A stretch of 64,000 nucleotides of DNA, taken from Octopus vulgaris (lineage: Eukaryota). The position numbers and the translations under genes were made by a program. The stretch lies in NCBI GenBank assembly GCA_951406725.2, contig OX597840.1:35898001-35962000 (forward strand), in the 5' to 3' direction. Shown here piece by piece: positions 27,655 through 41,380 of this stretch (its first letter is position 1; each line of letters begins with the position of its first letter). The notes beneath the pieces are model-generated. The model searched no databases. It saw only the letters and a program-made list of their open reading frames with translations, and had not been told where the DNA came from.

Positions 27655-28780
27655 AAAAAAGGGAGGGAAGGAAGGAGGAAAGAAAGAAAGAAAGAAAGAA
27701 AAAGAAAGGACGGAAGGAAGAAAGGAAGGAAGAAAGAAAGAACTGGAAGATGGAGGACGTGGAAGTAAGCTGTTAGCAGCAGCAGTTGTCTGTATAAAGA
27801 TCTGTGTTGCTCCAGCTTGGGATTTGAGTGGATTATGGTGTGAGGGGATTTGTATTTGTAGAGTTAAAACATTTTGTATGAGATGAAATGGCGGGGATTG
27901 TGATGGCGATGGTGATGAGGAGGGATGGGAGAAGCGGGAGGAGGAGGAGGAGGGGGGAAAGTGATAACGAAAAAAGAAGACGAACACGCTGACGATAATG
28001 ATGATGATGAGGACGATGATGATGATGATGATGATGATGACAACGACAACGGCAATGATGATGTTGATAATGATGATGATGATGATGATGACGACGAGGA
28101 CGACGACGACGATGATGATGATGACGATGATGATAGCGATGATGATAATGTACATGGCAGTGCTGCTGATGATGATGATCGTGATGATGGTGAGGGGGAG
28201 GAGGAAAAAGGGGAGGGAGAAGAGGAAGAAGAGAAGGAGGAAGAGGCGAAGGATGGCGGAGGATGGCGGTGGTGCTAGTGATCGCGATGGTAATACTGAC
28301 GGCGACGATGATGATAATTACCTACAATGATGATGATGATGATGATGACGATGATGACAACGATGACAAAGATAAAGGTGATGATGATGGAGATGATGAT
28401 GATGACGATGACACCTGTGGTGGCTCTGGTGGTGGTGGTGGTGGAGTTGGTAGTAGTGGAGGTGGTGGTAGTGGTGATGGTGGTAATGGTGGTTGTTGTG
28501 GCGATAGTCGTAACGGTAGTAGTAGCAGTGCTAGTAGCTGTGGTAATGTCGTTGTGCTGCTGCTGCTACTGCTGGTGGTAGTGGTGGTGGTGGTGGTGGT
28601 GGTAGTGGAGGAGGTGGTAGTGGTGATGGTCGTACCGGCAGTAGTAGTGCTAGTAGCTGTCGTAGTGTCGTTGTGCTGCTACTGCTGCTACTGCTGCTAC
28701 TGCTGCTGGTGATGGTGGTAGTGGTGTTGGTGGTGGTGGTGGTGGTGGTGGCGGCGGCGGCGGTGGTGGTGGTGGTGCTT
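27375..28780. repeat. (GAAA)n/(GGAA)n then (GAT)n/(GGT)n/(GCT)n compound microsatellites
   Basis: Directly visible. Confidence 0.9.
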
Positions 28781-29057
28781 GCAGTTTTGTACGAAACTAA
28801 CGTGAATGTCATTAAGCCGAAGTCTCCCAACTCTTACAGCTGACATCAATGGCGACTCATTAGGTAAAAGAAAAGACGCTCTCCTTTGTTGGAAATACAT
28901 TTACATCCTCCGGGGGTCGGCAGCGGACGCCCAATCCTTAATGGATAGCTTTCATGTAATGGATACCTGGCACACACATGCACACATACTGTGTAACGCA
29001 TAATACACCCACACACACACACACACATATATGTGTGTATGTGTGTGTGTATATATG

Positions 29058-29089
<32 letters not shown>

Positions 29090-29169
29090 CATATGTGCGT
29101 ATGTATACATATATATGTTTATATATATATATATATACATGCATACATATACACATGAATACGTGTAAA

Positions 29170-29232
<63 letters not shown>

Positions 29233-29398
29233 TACATACATACATATATATATACATACATATACATATATATATATATACCATTATATACCATATATAT
29301 CATATATATATATGGAATATATATACCATTTACTATATATACATACTTACGTATATGTATATATATACGTATGTACGTATGTATATAGATGTATATAC

Positions 29399-29453
<55 letters not shown>

Positions 29454-29889
29454 TGTATGCGTGTATGTATGTATATAAAAATTTGTGTGAGTGTGTGAAT
29501 ATATATCAAAATACCGAAGAAAGTGCATGTATATATATATATCTACACACAACAATATTTACAGACACAGATGTTTACGCAAGCATGGATGTAAATCTGT
29601 ATCTAGGTATAGACATATATATGTAAAAATTAAATGTATTTATTCGAACAGAATCACGTTTTTCAACGTATGTTGGGTGAAATAGACTTTAAGTATAGTC
29701 TGTTAGTGATAATACATCGTGCCTCAAAGTTTCATGTCCACCGTACCCAGATAGCCATCTGACAATAAAAGCACAACATATTATACAAATATCAGTGGCA
29801 CATAAGAATTGTGTGTGTGAGTGTGTGTGTGTCTGTGTGTGTTTGTTTGTGTGTGTGTGTGTTTATGTGTTTGTATTAAATATTGTTTT

Positions 29890-30050
29890 CTACTCAAGAC
29901 ACAAGCCCCGAACATTTTGTGGGGAGTGGGCCAGTCGATAAGATCGACCAAAGTACGTAGCTGGCACTTAATTTATTGACTCCGAAAGGACGAAAGGCAA
30001 AGTTGACCTCGGCTGAATTTGAGCTCAGAAAGTAAAGACAGACGAAATGT
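29890..30050 (-). mobile_element. SINE family B fragment
   Basis: Diverged reverse complement of the family B core. Confidence 0.65.
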
Positions 30051-30508
30051 TTGTATTAAATATTATATATTATGTAATATATTAAATATAGTTGTATACT
30101 ACGGAGTATTCGGCCTTGTATTATAAATTTTACAATATGGAAAGGGTAAAATTCATTATATCTTTCATGTGTTTCAGATTTGGGATTGTGGCATATGCTG
30201 GGGCACTGCCTTCAAGGGTTTAAGTAAATAAGTCGACATTAGGACCTTTAAATAAGTGGAAGTGATGGCTGCATGTTCTTTTCTATCTCCTTAACTTCTT
30301 GGAGATTTTAGGTAAAATTATACTAATGTGTCCATCTGTTTTAATTTAATTAAATTCTATGTCTTTGTGCAGCTGAGGATTGCTCTGCATTTAAATTGAT
30401 GTAATAATTTCATCGTTCAATTAAATGGATTTGCGTGAAACGATCTTACAGCATTATTTCTGGATAACCTTGTTGCTTATTTTGATTCTAATCACCTTAT
30501 ACATATTC

Positions 30509-30573
<65 letters not shown>

Positions 30574-30616
30574 TATATATGTATGTATATATGTATGTAT
30601 ATATACATATATATAT

Positions 30617-30657
<41 letters not shown>

Positions 30658-30660
30658 ATT

Positions 30661-30837
<177 letters not shown>

Positions 30838-30839
30838 TC

Positions 30840-31112
30840 TTTTATTTCTTTTCCTTGTTTCAGTCATCTGACTGCGGCCATGCTGGAGCATAACCTTTAG
30901 TCGAGCAAACCAACACCAGGACTTATTCTTTGTAAACCTAGTACATTTTGTATGGGTTTCTTTGGCGAAACCACAAATCGACCCCAGGACTCATTCTTTG
31001 TAAACCTAGTACTTATTTTATCGGGCTCTTTTTGCCGAACCGCTAAGTTACGGGAATATAAGCACACCACCATCGGTTGTCAAGCGATGGGGTAACAAAC
31101 ACAGACACACAA

Positions 31113-31143
<31 letters not shown>

Positions 31144-31177
31144 TACACACACACATATATATACACACACACACATT

Positions 31178-31241
<64 letters not shown>

Positions 31242-31400
31242 CATATGTACGACGGGTTTCTTTCAGTTTCCGCTTACCAAATCCACTCACAAGGCTTTGG
31301 ACGGCCCGAGGCTATAGTAGAAGACACTTGACAAATGTGCCACGCAGTGGGATTGAACCCAGAACCATGTGGTTGATGAGGAAGCTACTTACCACATAGA
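30840..31400 (-). mobile_element. SINE family A with partial internal duplication
   Basis: Reverse complement of family A; the CCAGGACT.ATTCTTTGTAAACCTAGTAC segment is present twice. Confidence 0.85.
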
Positions 31401-32032
31401 TTATACATAAATGATATTTTGTGTAATTTCAGTATTATAAGGCTTGCAATAACGTTTTTAGTCTCAGAGACGAAGCAAGAACTAGTTTAGAAATGACTAA
31501 GAGATGACGGACTTGGACAACCTCGAAGAGACAGACCATGGGATGGTGGGAGGTAACGTATAGGAGAAATATATTTGGTTGCAATGATAAAAAGAGTTGT
31601 TGTTTATCAGTCGTTCATCTGTCCCCTGGGATAAGACAGCCAATGATGATTATTCGCCGATATTGAGAACAACGACTTAACACCAGGGAAACATGAAACG
31701 AAATTATTCAGAGGAAAATTTGGTTAAGTAGGTTTGGTTCCAGTATTTATGTATTTCTTATCAGGCCTCTCTCCCTCTCTCACCCTCTCCCTCTATTTCT
31801 CTCACCCTCTCCCTCTATTTCTCTCTCTCTCTCTTTCTCTCTTTTTCTCAGACTCCATCTTTGTATCTGTCTATTTATCTGTCTATCTCTGTCTATATCT
31901 AACACTCCTTTTATCTCTATCTTTACTTTAGCAACCACGTTTTGTAAATTATATGTACATATGTATATATACATTCTGTCATGTGTGTATATTTGTATAT
32001 CTATTTACGTACATATATATATATGACGCATA

Positions 32033-32091
<59 letters not shown>

Positions 32092-32272
32092 GTGTGTGTG
32101 TGTGTGTTTGTGCGTGTGTATATATATATGCATATATGCATATATGTATATACATGTATACATATATACATATATATATATATATACATATATATACATA
32201 TATATATACTCTCTGACGCATACGTATGTATATATTTATATATGTGAATGTATATATGTATATATGCATATT

Positions 32273-32317
<45 letters not shown>

Positions 32318-32515
32318 TTGTGTGTATGTATATGTATGTATGCATATATATATATATATGTATACATATATATATGTATACATATATATATGTATACATA
32401 TGTATATATATATGATTAAATTTGTATTTGTACTTATATATAAACAAGATAACATACATGCGCATAAATATTTATAATTACATATATATATGTGTGTGTA
32501 TATATACATATAGAC

Positions 32516-32568
<53 letters not shown>

Positions 32569-33350
32569 CACACATAGATGTGTGTGCTCGTATACGATAA
32601 TATGTGTATGTATATATGTGTGTGCGTGTGTATGCATTCATAAGTGTATGCACGCATGCGTATATGATGCGTTTGTGTGCATGTGGTATTATATCTACAT
32701 AAAAACATATGTATACGCACAAACAGACACACACACACATATATACTTATATACGCATGTATACATGTATACGTATGTGAAAGTGTGTATGTATAAATGC
32801 GTCTGTGTTCGTGTGTGTGGGTGGGTGGGTGTGTGTGTGTGTGTGTTTGTGGGTGTGTGTGTGTTTGTGCGTAGAAATATAGAAATAATGTGAGGTCATA
32901 TTCTTACACGGTTCAAATGATATATCATTGTATTACCATTTTTAGGCAATTCTTAGAAAAATCTAAATTCTTCAGGAAAATTTTCCTAATTTTTAAAGGA
33001 ATCATGTTCTCCATTATTTATTTATTTATTTATTTATTCATTTCCGTTTCTTTTTTTTATTTTATTTTCATCTTTGTTTTTTTCATTTACTTGTTGCAGT
33101 CATTGGACTGTGGCCATGCTGGGGCACCGTATCGAAAGATGTGCAGTCAAGCAAATCGACACCGGGACTTGTTATCTTTTTGTAAATATGATACTTATTA
33201 TCTCGGTCGCTGTTTGTCCAACCGCCAGGTAACGGCGAACGTAATGCGATAGTGGAGGCCAAACATACACATAAATATGTGTGTCGGTGTATATATATGC
33301 GTGTGTGTGTGTGTGTGTGTGTGCGTGTGTTTGTTTGTGTGTATGTGGGT

Positions 33351-33518
33351 AGGCGCAGAAGAGGCTGTGTGGTAAGTAGTTTGCTTATGAACCATATGAC
33401 TCCGGGGTTCAGACCCACTGCGTGGCATCTTGGGCAAGTGTCTTCTACTACAGCCTCGGGCCAACCAAAGCCTTGTGAGTGGATTTGGTAGACGGGAACT
33501 GAAAGAAGCCCGTCGTAT

Positions 33519-33611
<93 letters not shown>

Positions 33612-33800
33612 TATGTCAGTCTTTTTCCCCAACATCGCTTTGACAACTGATGCTGGTGCGTTTACGTCCCCATAACTTAGCGGTTCTGCAAAAGATAGAA
33701 TAAGTACTAGGTTTACAAATAATAAATTCTGGGTCAATTGGATCGACTAAAGTCGGTGCTCCAGCATGACCGCAGTCAAATGACTGAAGCAAATAGAAAA
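33351..33800 (+). mobile_element. SINE family A (a minus-strand 3' fragment lies at ~33085-33250)
   Basis: Family A head, core and tail. Confidence 0.85.
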
Positions 33801-33874
33801 TATACATACATACATACATGTGTGTGTGCGTGTGTGTGTGTGTGAGTAAATATATATATGTATATATATATGGC

Positions 33875-34015
33875 AAAGTTACCTTTTCATGTCATGCCGA
33901 CTCATAAGGTCCAGTATCCCGGGTTGATAAATTCTCCATCTGGAAGGGACACCGATCCATTGAAGGGTCACTCGTTTTGCAAGCCTAATAGACTGCAGCA
34001 ACGTGAAATGAAGTA
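33875..34015 (-). mobile_element. Meta-SINE-like fragment
   Basis: GGGACACCGATCCATTGAAGGGTCACTC...GACTGCAGCAACGTGAAATGAAGT resembles the Meta-SINE core; related to 22811-22895. Confidence 0.45.
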
Positions 34016-34511
34016 TATATATATATCTTTCTCTCCATCTTTCTCTCTCTCTTCCTCGTTGCTCACACGTGACCAGCTGCTATCGTTCTTTATTTTTCTT
34101 CTTTACTAGAGATAAGGCTCACTTTTGCCTGTCTCCTACCATAACTCCATTCTCCAGCATTCACCACTTCACCTCCTTGTGGCTTAACAGCCCTCACCGT
34201 TTATTTTTACTGTTATGATCTTATTGTCCTGTTTTTGTTACCACTTTAAACCTCCGCAAAAATCCCAAATTTTATTTAAGTTGCTTTTCGATAAGGACTG
34301 TTTTAATGAAGTCGCATCTTGTCCTAGCTTTCGTAACGCGGAGTAGATAAAACGGTGGACAACTGATGGAGGAACTTTCCGTTATGTTGCCTATCTTGTT
34401 TCCCAATTTGTTTCTTTCGTTATTCGAAAAAGTTCGTTTTCTATGTTTTTGTTTCTCTATGTTCTCGTTTTTAATTTTGTTCACGTTTTTTTGACGTCCT
34501 GTACTCATATA

Positions 34512-34579
<68 letters not shown>

Positions 34580-34580
<1 letters not shown>

Positions 34581-34668
34581 GGTGCCCCACCATGGCCACA
34601 GCTCATTAGCTGAAACTGGAAAAATCAAAATTCAAAATCAAAATCAAAAATCAAAATCAAAATCAAAT
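34580..34668 (+). mobile_element. Very short retroposed 3' tail with (AAAATC)n end, inserted in (TA)n; second copy at 38572-38630
   Basis: GGTGCCCCA.CATGGCCACAGCTCAT.AGCTGAAACTGGAAAAATCAAAAT at both loci. Confidence 0.7.
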
Positions 34669-34785
34669 ATATATATATATATATACATAAATATGTAGGT
34701 ATGTACATATATGTATGTATAGATGCATATATATATATTATATAATATTAGATAGAAAGAGATAGTAAGATAGATAGATAGATAC

Positions 34786-34853
<68 letters not shown>

Positions 34854-35399
34854 TTAGATAGATATACGTACTTACACATACATACTCACGCATAGAGGGA
34901 GAAGCTATAGTAGAAGACACTTGCGCAAGATACCACATAGTGGGACTGAACCCGGAACAATGTGGTTGGGGGAAGCAAGTTTCCTACCACGCAGCCACGC
35001 CTGCGCCAACATCTAATTCTCTGTTAAAAGACTCCTCTATATATTTCGAAAATAGTTTCTGCAATAATTCCATAGCAGGCACCACCAGAGCGTAGTTTAA
35101 AGACTGGTTCTGTGACAGACAAGAGCTAATTCTGACGCGAGTTGGCCATAAACCAAGCCAGGAAGCTTCTAAATTATTCGCTCGTTTTTGTTTTCGTTGT
35201 GTGAGGTGAAATTACTAAGTAATTATTCTAGTGAAATTATCGCCATTCCACCCACGACAGCCACCGTCTATTACCCACCAGTGCACACCTTAATACCTTT
35301 AAAATATTGCTTGTTTCCTTTTATTGCTTGGGCTTGTCTCTCGCTTTTGTATTGCAATTCTTCGGGAAACCGTCAAATCATTTGTGAGGTTGTAAGATG

Positions 35400-36217
35400 G
35401 GTTGAGGGGAAAAGGGAGAGGAAAGGAAGGGATGGGAAGAGTGATGGTGGGGAGAGACGGGGGGAAGAATAGGGGAATGCGGAGGTGGAGGTGAAGGAGA
35501 AGGAGAAGAACAACTGCAACAACAAAAAGAACAAGAACAACATCAACAACAGCAAGAAAAAGAACAAGAACAAGAACAAGAAGAGAAACAAGAACAAGAA
35601 CAATAAGAACAACAACAGGAAGAAGGAGGAGGAGGGGAGGTGAAGAAGAAAGAACAACAACAATAAAAAAAGAAGAAGAAGAAGAACAACAACAACAACA
35701 ACAGCAACAATAAAAAAGGAAGAAGAAGAAGAAGAAGAAGAAGAAGAAGAAGAACAACAACAACAACAACAACAACAACAATAAAAAGAACAACAACAAC
35801 AACAACAGCAACAATAAAAAGAAGAAGAAGAAGAAGAAGAAGAAGAAGAACAACAACAACAACAACAACAGCAACAATAAAAACAGGAAGAAGAAGAAGA
35901 AGAAGAACAACAACAACAACAACAGCAACAATAAAAAGAAAGAAGAAGAAGAAGAACAACAACAACAGCAACAACAATAAAAAGAACAACAACAACAACA
36001 GGAGCAACAGCAAGATAAAGGAGGAAACGAAGAAAGGGGAAGAACAAGAGGAGGAGAGGAAGAAGAGAAGGGAAATGGAGGAGAGGAAGAAAGAGAAGTA
36101 GAGAAAGACGGGATAACAATGAGGAAGTGGTATGAGGAGAAGTGAAGGGGAGGATTATGATGATGATGATGATGATGACGACGACGGTGGTGCTGGTGGT
36201 GCTGGTGGTGGTGCTGG

Positions 36218-36248
<31 letters not shown>

Positions 36249-36385
36249 GGTGGTGCTGGTGGTGCTGGTGGTGCTGGTGGTGGTGCTGGTGGTGGTGCTG
36301 GTGGTGGTGCTGGTGGTGGTGGTGGTGGTGGTGCTGGTGGTGGTGCTGGTGGTGGTGCTGGTGGTGGTGGTGGTGCTGGTGGTGG

Positions 36386-36416
<31 letters not shown>

Positions 36417-36738
36417 GGTGGTGGTGGTGGTGGTGATGATGAAGATGATTAGAAAAAGCGGGGAGACAAGAAAACGACGAAGAAAACGAAGGCGAAGGCG
36501 CAGAAGGAGGAGGAAGGGGGAGGGGGAGGAGGAGGAGGAGGAGAAGAGGAAGGAGGAAGATGAAGAGGAATTGGAGGGGGAAGGGATGAAAGAGACGGGG
36601 AGAAGGAAGAGGTGGTGAGGGGAATATAAGAAACTACTTCTACCCCAACATCAAGAATCCATCATCATCATCATCATCATCATTATGAAAATCATTATCA
36701 TCATCAACATCATCATTATCATCATCAACATCACCATC

Positions 36739-36795
<57 letters not shown>

Positions 36796-36796
36796 G
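35400..36796. repeat. (GAA)n/(CAA)n, (GGT/GCT)n and (ATC/ATT)n microsatellite complex
   Basis: Directly visible. Confidence 0.9.
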
Positions 36797-37050
36797 ATGT
36801 AGTTCTTGGCAGTGTGATTACGAATAGGTATCAACGTACCGACTGCTTGGTGGTGGTCATGGATGGGTTGGTGGTGCAATATTTAACATTTGTTATTGGT
36901 TGTATTCCGCCATTAATGAGAAAGCTGAAACCTATAAGTTTTAACGATAGCGAAATGGCTAATTAGCCGGGCCCAAGGTGGGACATTCACTGCTATATGG
37001 CCATTAGCCACGGTTTAGCCAAAACAATAACCATTAAGAGAGCAAACTGC

Positions 37051-37593
37051 GAGATATTTCGACCGTTTTGGCTTCTCACACATTGAACTTTGACCTTTAA
37101 CCTTTGCCATATTCAACTAATTCCTCCTGTAGCGGTGTTTGTGGATAAGAAAGTGCTGCGGTCATTCGTAAGAGTGTTTTGGGGCCCGGGAGCGAGGGCT
37201 AGGCTTTTGCAGAGAGGTTTCGGTGTCGAAGGAGATATTTCAACCGTTTTGGCTTTTCACACATTGAACTTTGACCTTTAACCTTTGCCATATTCAACTA
37301 TTTCCTCCTGTAGCAATGATTGTGGATAAGACAGTGCAGCGGTCATTCGAAAGGGTGTTTGGGGCCCGGGAGCAAGGGCCAGGCGTTTGCAGAGAGGTTT
37401 CGGTGTCGAAGGGGATATTTCGACCGTTTTGGCTTCTCTCACATTGAACTTTGACCTTTAACCTTTGCCATATTCAACTATTTCCTCCTGTAGCGGTGTT
37501 TGTGGATAAGAAAGTGCAGCGGTCATTCGTGTGGGCGTTTGGGGCCCGGGAGCAAGGGCCAGGCTTTTGCAGAGAGGTTTCGGTGTCGAAGGA
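37051..37593. repeat. Three-unit ~180-bp tandem repeat
   Basis: Units start at 37051, 37232 and 37412 (G.GATATTTC.ACCGTTTTGGCTT...GGTTTCGGTGTCGAAG). Confidence 0.95.
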
Positions 37594-37679
37594 GTTGCAA
37601 ACAAATGCAAGACACCGTCTCGGTACTGATGTTCTTCATTCTCCTTCACTGCTCCTCGGAATACTCAGCCACTTATCTC

Positions 37680-38093
37680 CTCTTTCTCTTCTTGACTTTC
37701 TTTCTCCTCTATTCTCCTAGATTCTTCTTCCTCTCCTCCTCTTGTTCCTCCTTTTCTTCTTCTTCTTCTTCTTCTTCTTCTTCTTCTTCTTCTCCTTCTT
37801 CTTCTTCTCTTGTTTCTTTTCTTCCGCCTCTTCTTCTTCTTCTTCTCCTTCTTTTTCTTCCAAATCTTCTTCTTCTTCTTCATCATGTTCTTCTTCTTCT
37901 TCTTCTTCTTCTTCTTCTTCTTCTTCTTCTTCCCCTTCTTCTTCTTCTTCTTCGCCTTCTTCTTCGTCTACTTCTTCTTCTTCTCCTTCTTCTCCTTCTT
38001 CTTCTTCTTCGTCTTCTTCTTCTTCTCCTCCTCTTCTTCTTCTTTCTTCTTCTTCTTCTTCTTCTTCTTTTTCCTCTTCTTTTTCTTCTTCTT

Positions 38094-38154
<61 letters not shown>

Positions 38155-38230
38155 TACAACTACTACATTCCCTCCTTCTCCTTCTCTTCCTCTTCTCTCT
38201 CTTCTTTTTCTTCCGCTTCTTCCTCCTCGC
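37680..38230. repeat. (TTC)n/(ATT)n microsatellite
   Basis: Directly visible. Confidence 0.95.
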
Positions 38231-38280
38231 TGCACACCTAAATAGAAAAGAGCGAAAACTGGGAGTAGTGGAAGACATAC

Positions 38281-38320
<40 letters not shown>

Positions 38321-38334
38321 GTATGTCTTCCACT

Positions 38335-38381
<47 letters not shown>

Positions 38382-38537
38382 TATATGTATGTATCTTTGT
38401 GTGTCTATGTTTGTCTTACCTCACATTTGCTTGACAACCGATAGACTAAGTACTAAGCTTACAAAGGATAAGTCCTCGGTTCGACTAAAGGCGGTGGTAT
38501 AGCATGGTCGCAATCAAATGGCTGAAACAAATAAAAG

Positions 38538-38574
<37 letters not shown>

Positions 38575-38625
38575 GGTGCCCCAGCATGGCCACAGCTCAT
38601 GAGCTGAAACTGGAAAAATCAAAAT

Positions 38626-38659
<34 letters not shown>

Positions 38660-38670
<11 letters not shown>

Positions 38671-39048
38671 CTGAAGTTGTCTGTGTGTGACAGGTTTGGT
38701 AGCCTTCAACTAACACTATCTCCTCCGAGACCCTGTGGCTCAAGTTGACCAAAATTGAGAGTATGATAGAAGAAGGCTTGCTCTTCCTTCCGTAGAAGAA
38801 AAAATTCAAATCAGACCAGGTTAACACTAAAAATTATTTACATCAAAAAGGTGATTTTTTTCTATGAAAATCCCTATTTTTTATGATTTTTTTTGACAGC
38901 TGTGTCGCCATTTTTCGGTGTATTTCAACCAGAAAAATGTTCACTTAAAGAGAATAACAAGCTACATAATGCAAAATTTTTATTTTTCAAAATTTCCAAT
39001 TCTAAAGGGTCGAAACAAACCCGAGCAACGCCGGGCGGTACTGCTAGT
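38660..39048 (+). mobile_element. Non-autonomous Helitron-like element
   Basis: 3' GC-rich hairpin CCCGAGCAACGCCGGG (39020-39035) followed by CTAG|T (39044-39048). The 5' end merges with (TA)n. Confidence 0.65.
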
Positions 39049-39213
39049 GTATATATATATGGATGAGTATTGTTTTTCGTATATTTTCACTTGTTTATTG
39101 CTTGGGTTGGTGTTGAGTTTGATCTGAGAACATAATCTTTTGTGGAGAATGGCGATTTGACGTCTATATCTAGCATGTTGACTATCCACTTTTTCGTGTT
39201 CAGTCCTTAATTG

Positions 39214-39254
<41 letters not shown>

Positions 39255-39255
<1 letters not shown>

Positions 39256-39576
39256 GTTTAAATATTTGTTGTGCAAGATTTTTTATGTGAAGTCGTGTGT
39301 TGAAACAGATATTGTTATATTTCGGAATGGTCATATTGCCAGTTTAGCCAATAAAAACACACGCACTATATATTTGGTGTTATTTTGCTTCAGTGATATT
39401 TATTTTTTACATTAATCTTAATCTTATTTCGGCCAAAGTTCTTTCGTCACACTCCTGTGACCGCATCAGTGGTCCTTTGTTTTCTTCTCACTTACTTGTG
39501 TCTCTCCTTACTAACCGTCAGCCATTTTGTATTTCTATTGTATTACAATAGAAATACAAAATGGCTGACGGTTAGT
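39255..39576 (-). mobile_element. PLE-terminus-like fragment with a degenerate hammerhead and a perfect terminal palindrome
   Basis: Minus strand CTGATGC-GGTCAC-AGGAGT-GTGAC-GAAA (39442-39469). 33-bp perfect inverted repeat at 39510-39542 and 39544-39576. Abuts (TA)n. Confidence 0.55.
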
Positions 39577-39811
39577 CATGTCCTCATTCTGTCAATTCCC
39601 TACATTATTAGCATTATCATCATTATTATTATAATTATTACTATTCTTGTTTTTGTTGCTGTTGTTATGCAACTCATGCATACGCATGTTTATATTCGTT
39701 ATTGTATTTACATATATACATATATATATATGAATATATATATACATATATATATACACATATTAGAGGGAAATTTATTAATATATATATATTTATATAT
39801 ATTTATATATA

Positions 39812-39870
<59 letters not shown>

Positions 39871-40019
39871 TATCTGTTTACATACATATACATATATATA
39901 GAAATATATGTGTATACATATACGTGCGTATATATAAATACATATATCTATATATATATGTATTTATATATATGTATATATATGTGTATATATATATATA
40001 TGTATTTATATATACGTAC

Positions 40020-40090
<71 letters not shown>

Positions 40091-40463
40091 CATATATATT
40101 TGTGTATATATATATAAATAAATATATAAACGTACGTTTATGAATGTATACCTGTGTGTGTGTGTGTATGTGTATGTATATACGTGTGTGTATGTGTACG
40201 TGTGTGTGTGTGCGTTTGTGTAAATGCAGGCCGAACGCCACTGTAACTATTCGTGTGATTAAGGATTGCAGGAAAGAACTAAAGAACTGGATATATATCT
40301 TCGCTATTTAGAGAAGTGCATCGCATTCATTAAGCCTCCTGCTTTTGTTCGCGAGGGGGCTGTAGGCTCGCTTTACTAATTTCTGATTCGCTAATCAAAA
40401 ACATTTGTGATAAGACAAAAATTAGCGCTTACAGGCCTACAGCCATTAAAAGAGAATGCTGAA

Positions 40464-40498
<35 letters not shown>

Positions 40499-40717
40499 AA
40501 AAATCTGCGTGTGTATTATATACAAAGATATATATACGCATGCATCAGCGTTTGTAGAAGCGTGTGTATGTATAATATACATGGATATATGTATTTATAT
40601 AGGCATACGTACGCATGATATAAATATGTTTTATTATGATGACTTGCAAGTAACATTATTATTGTATAGACCCTAGGTGTATATATATATATATATGTAT
40701 ATACATATATATATATG

Positions 40718-40801
<84 letters not shown>

Positions 40802-40877
40802 TACATATATATATATATATTATATCACTTATTATATAGATTGTATTAATTTATGTTTTATAAGATATATATATGTA

Positions 40878-41065
40878 GAGAATTCACAAAAAAAAACAGA
40901 AGACGAAGACAGGTGGTGTAGACAACAAACAGATGTATTACTATAACGCTCGAGAAGTGAAAAAGTCTTTAACGTTTCGAGCCTACGTTCATCTACGGAA
41001 AGGAACACAGAAAGAAACAAGGAGAGAAAATATAGTATGTGTAGTGGCTAGCGATCTATCATGCC
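40878..41065 (-). mobile_element. Short hammerhead-bearing PLE-type repeat (family C); other copies at 46105-46290 (+) and 63440-63635 (-)
   Basis: Three homologous ~190-bp copies, each flanked by microsatellite. Composite motif CTGAYGA-AGAGC-N4-GCTC-GAAAC-GTH; each copy carries some core mismatch. Confidence 0.7.
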
Positions 41066-41084
41066 GAATGTATATATATGTGTG

Positions 41085-41148
<64 letters not shown>

Positions 41149-41194
41149 TGCGTGTGTGTGTGCGTGTTTGTGTGTGTGTGTGCGTGTGTACATA

Positions 41195-41380
41195 TCGTGG
41201 CACTCCGTCGGTTCCAGTTGATCCGATCAACAGAACAGCTTGCTCGTGAAATTAACGTGCAAGTGGCTGAGCACTCCAAAGACACGTGTACCCTCAACGT
41301 AGTTCTCGGGCAGATTCAGCGTGAAACAGAGTGTGACAAGGCTGGCCCTTTGAAATGTAGGTACAACAGAAACAGGAAGA
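41195..41380 (+). mobile_element. Probable SINE 3' fragment of another family
   Basis: GC-richer island after (TG)n with the GTGCAAGTGGCTGAGCACTCC motif recalled from octopus repeats; not confirmed within the window. Confidence 0.35.

Noticed and set aside
27925-28830. Asp/Glu/Gly-rich ORFs resembling acidic biomineralisation proteins
   Set aside because: Open in several frames and on both strands because of (GAT)n/(GGT)n repeats; no signal peptide, splice structure or unique coding sequence.
31486-31560. Possible small exon (ATGACGGACTTGGAC...GAG|GTAACG)
   Set aside because: No supporting neighbouring exons; another frame resembles a decayed RTE C-terminal GRP..W motif.
34340-34400. CTGATGG-AGGAA-CT-TTCC-GTTA as a hammerhead
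   Set aside because: Both core boxes deviate; too degenerate to call.
36132-36452. Poly-Gly/Ala ORF resembling a structural protein
   Set aside because: Pure (GGT/GCT)n microsatellite with no codon diversity.
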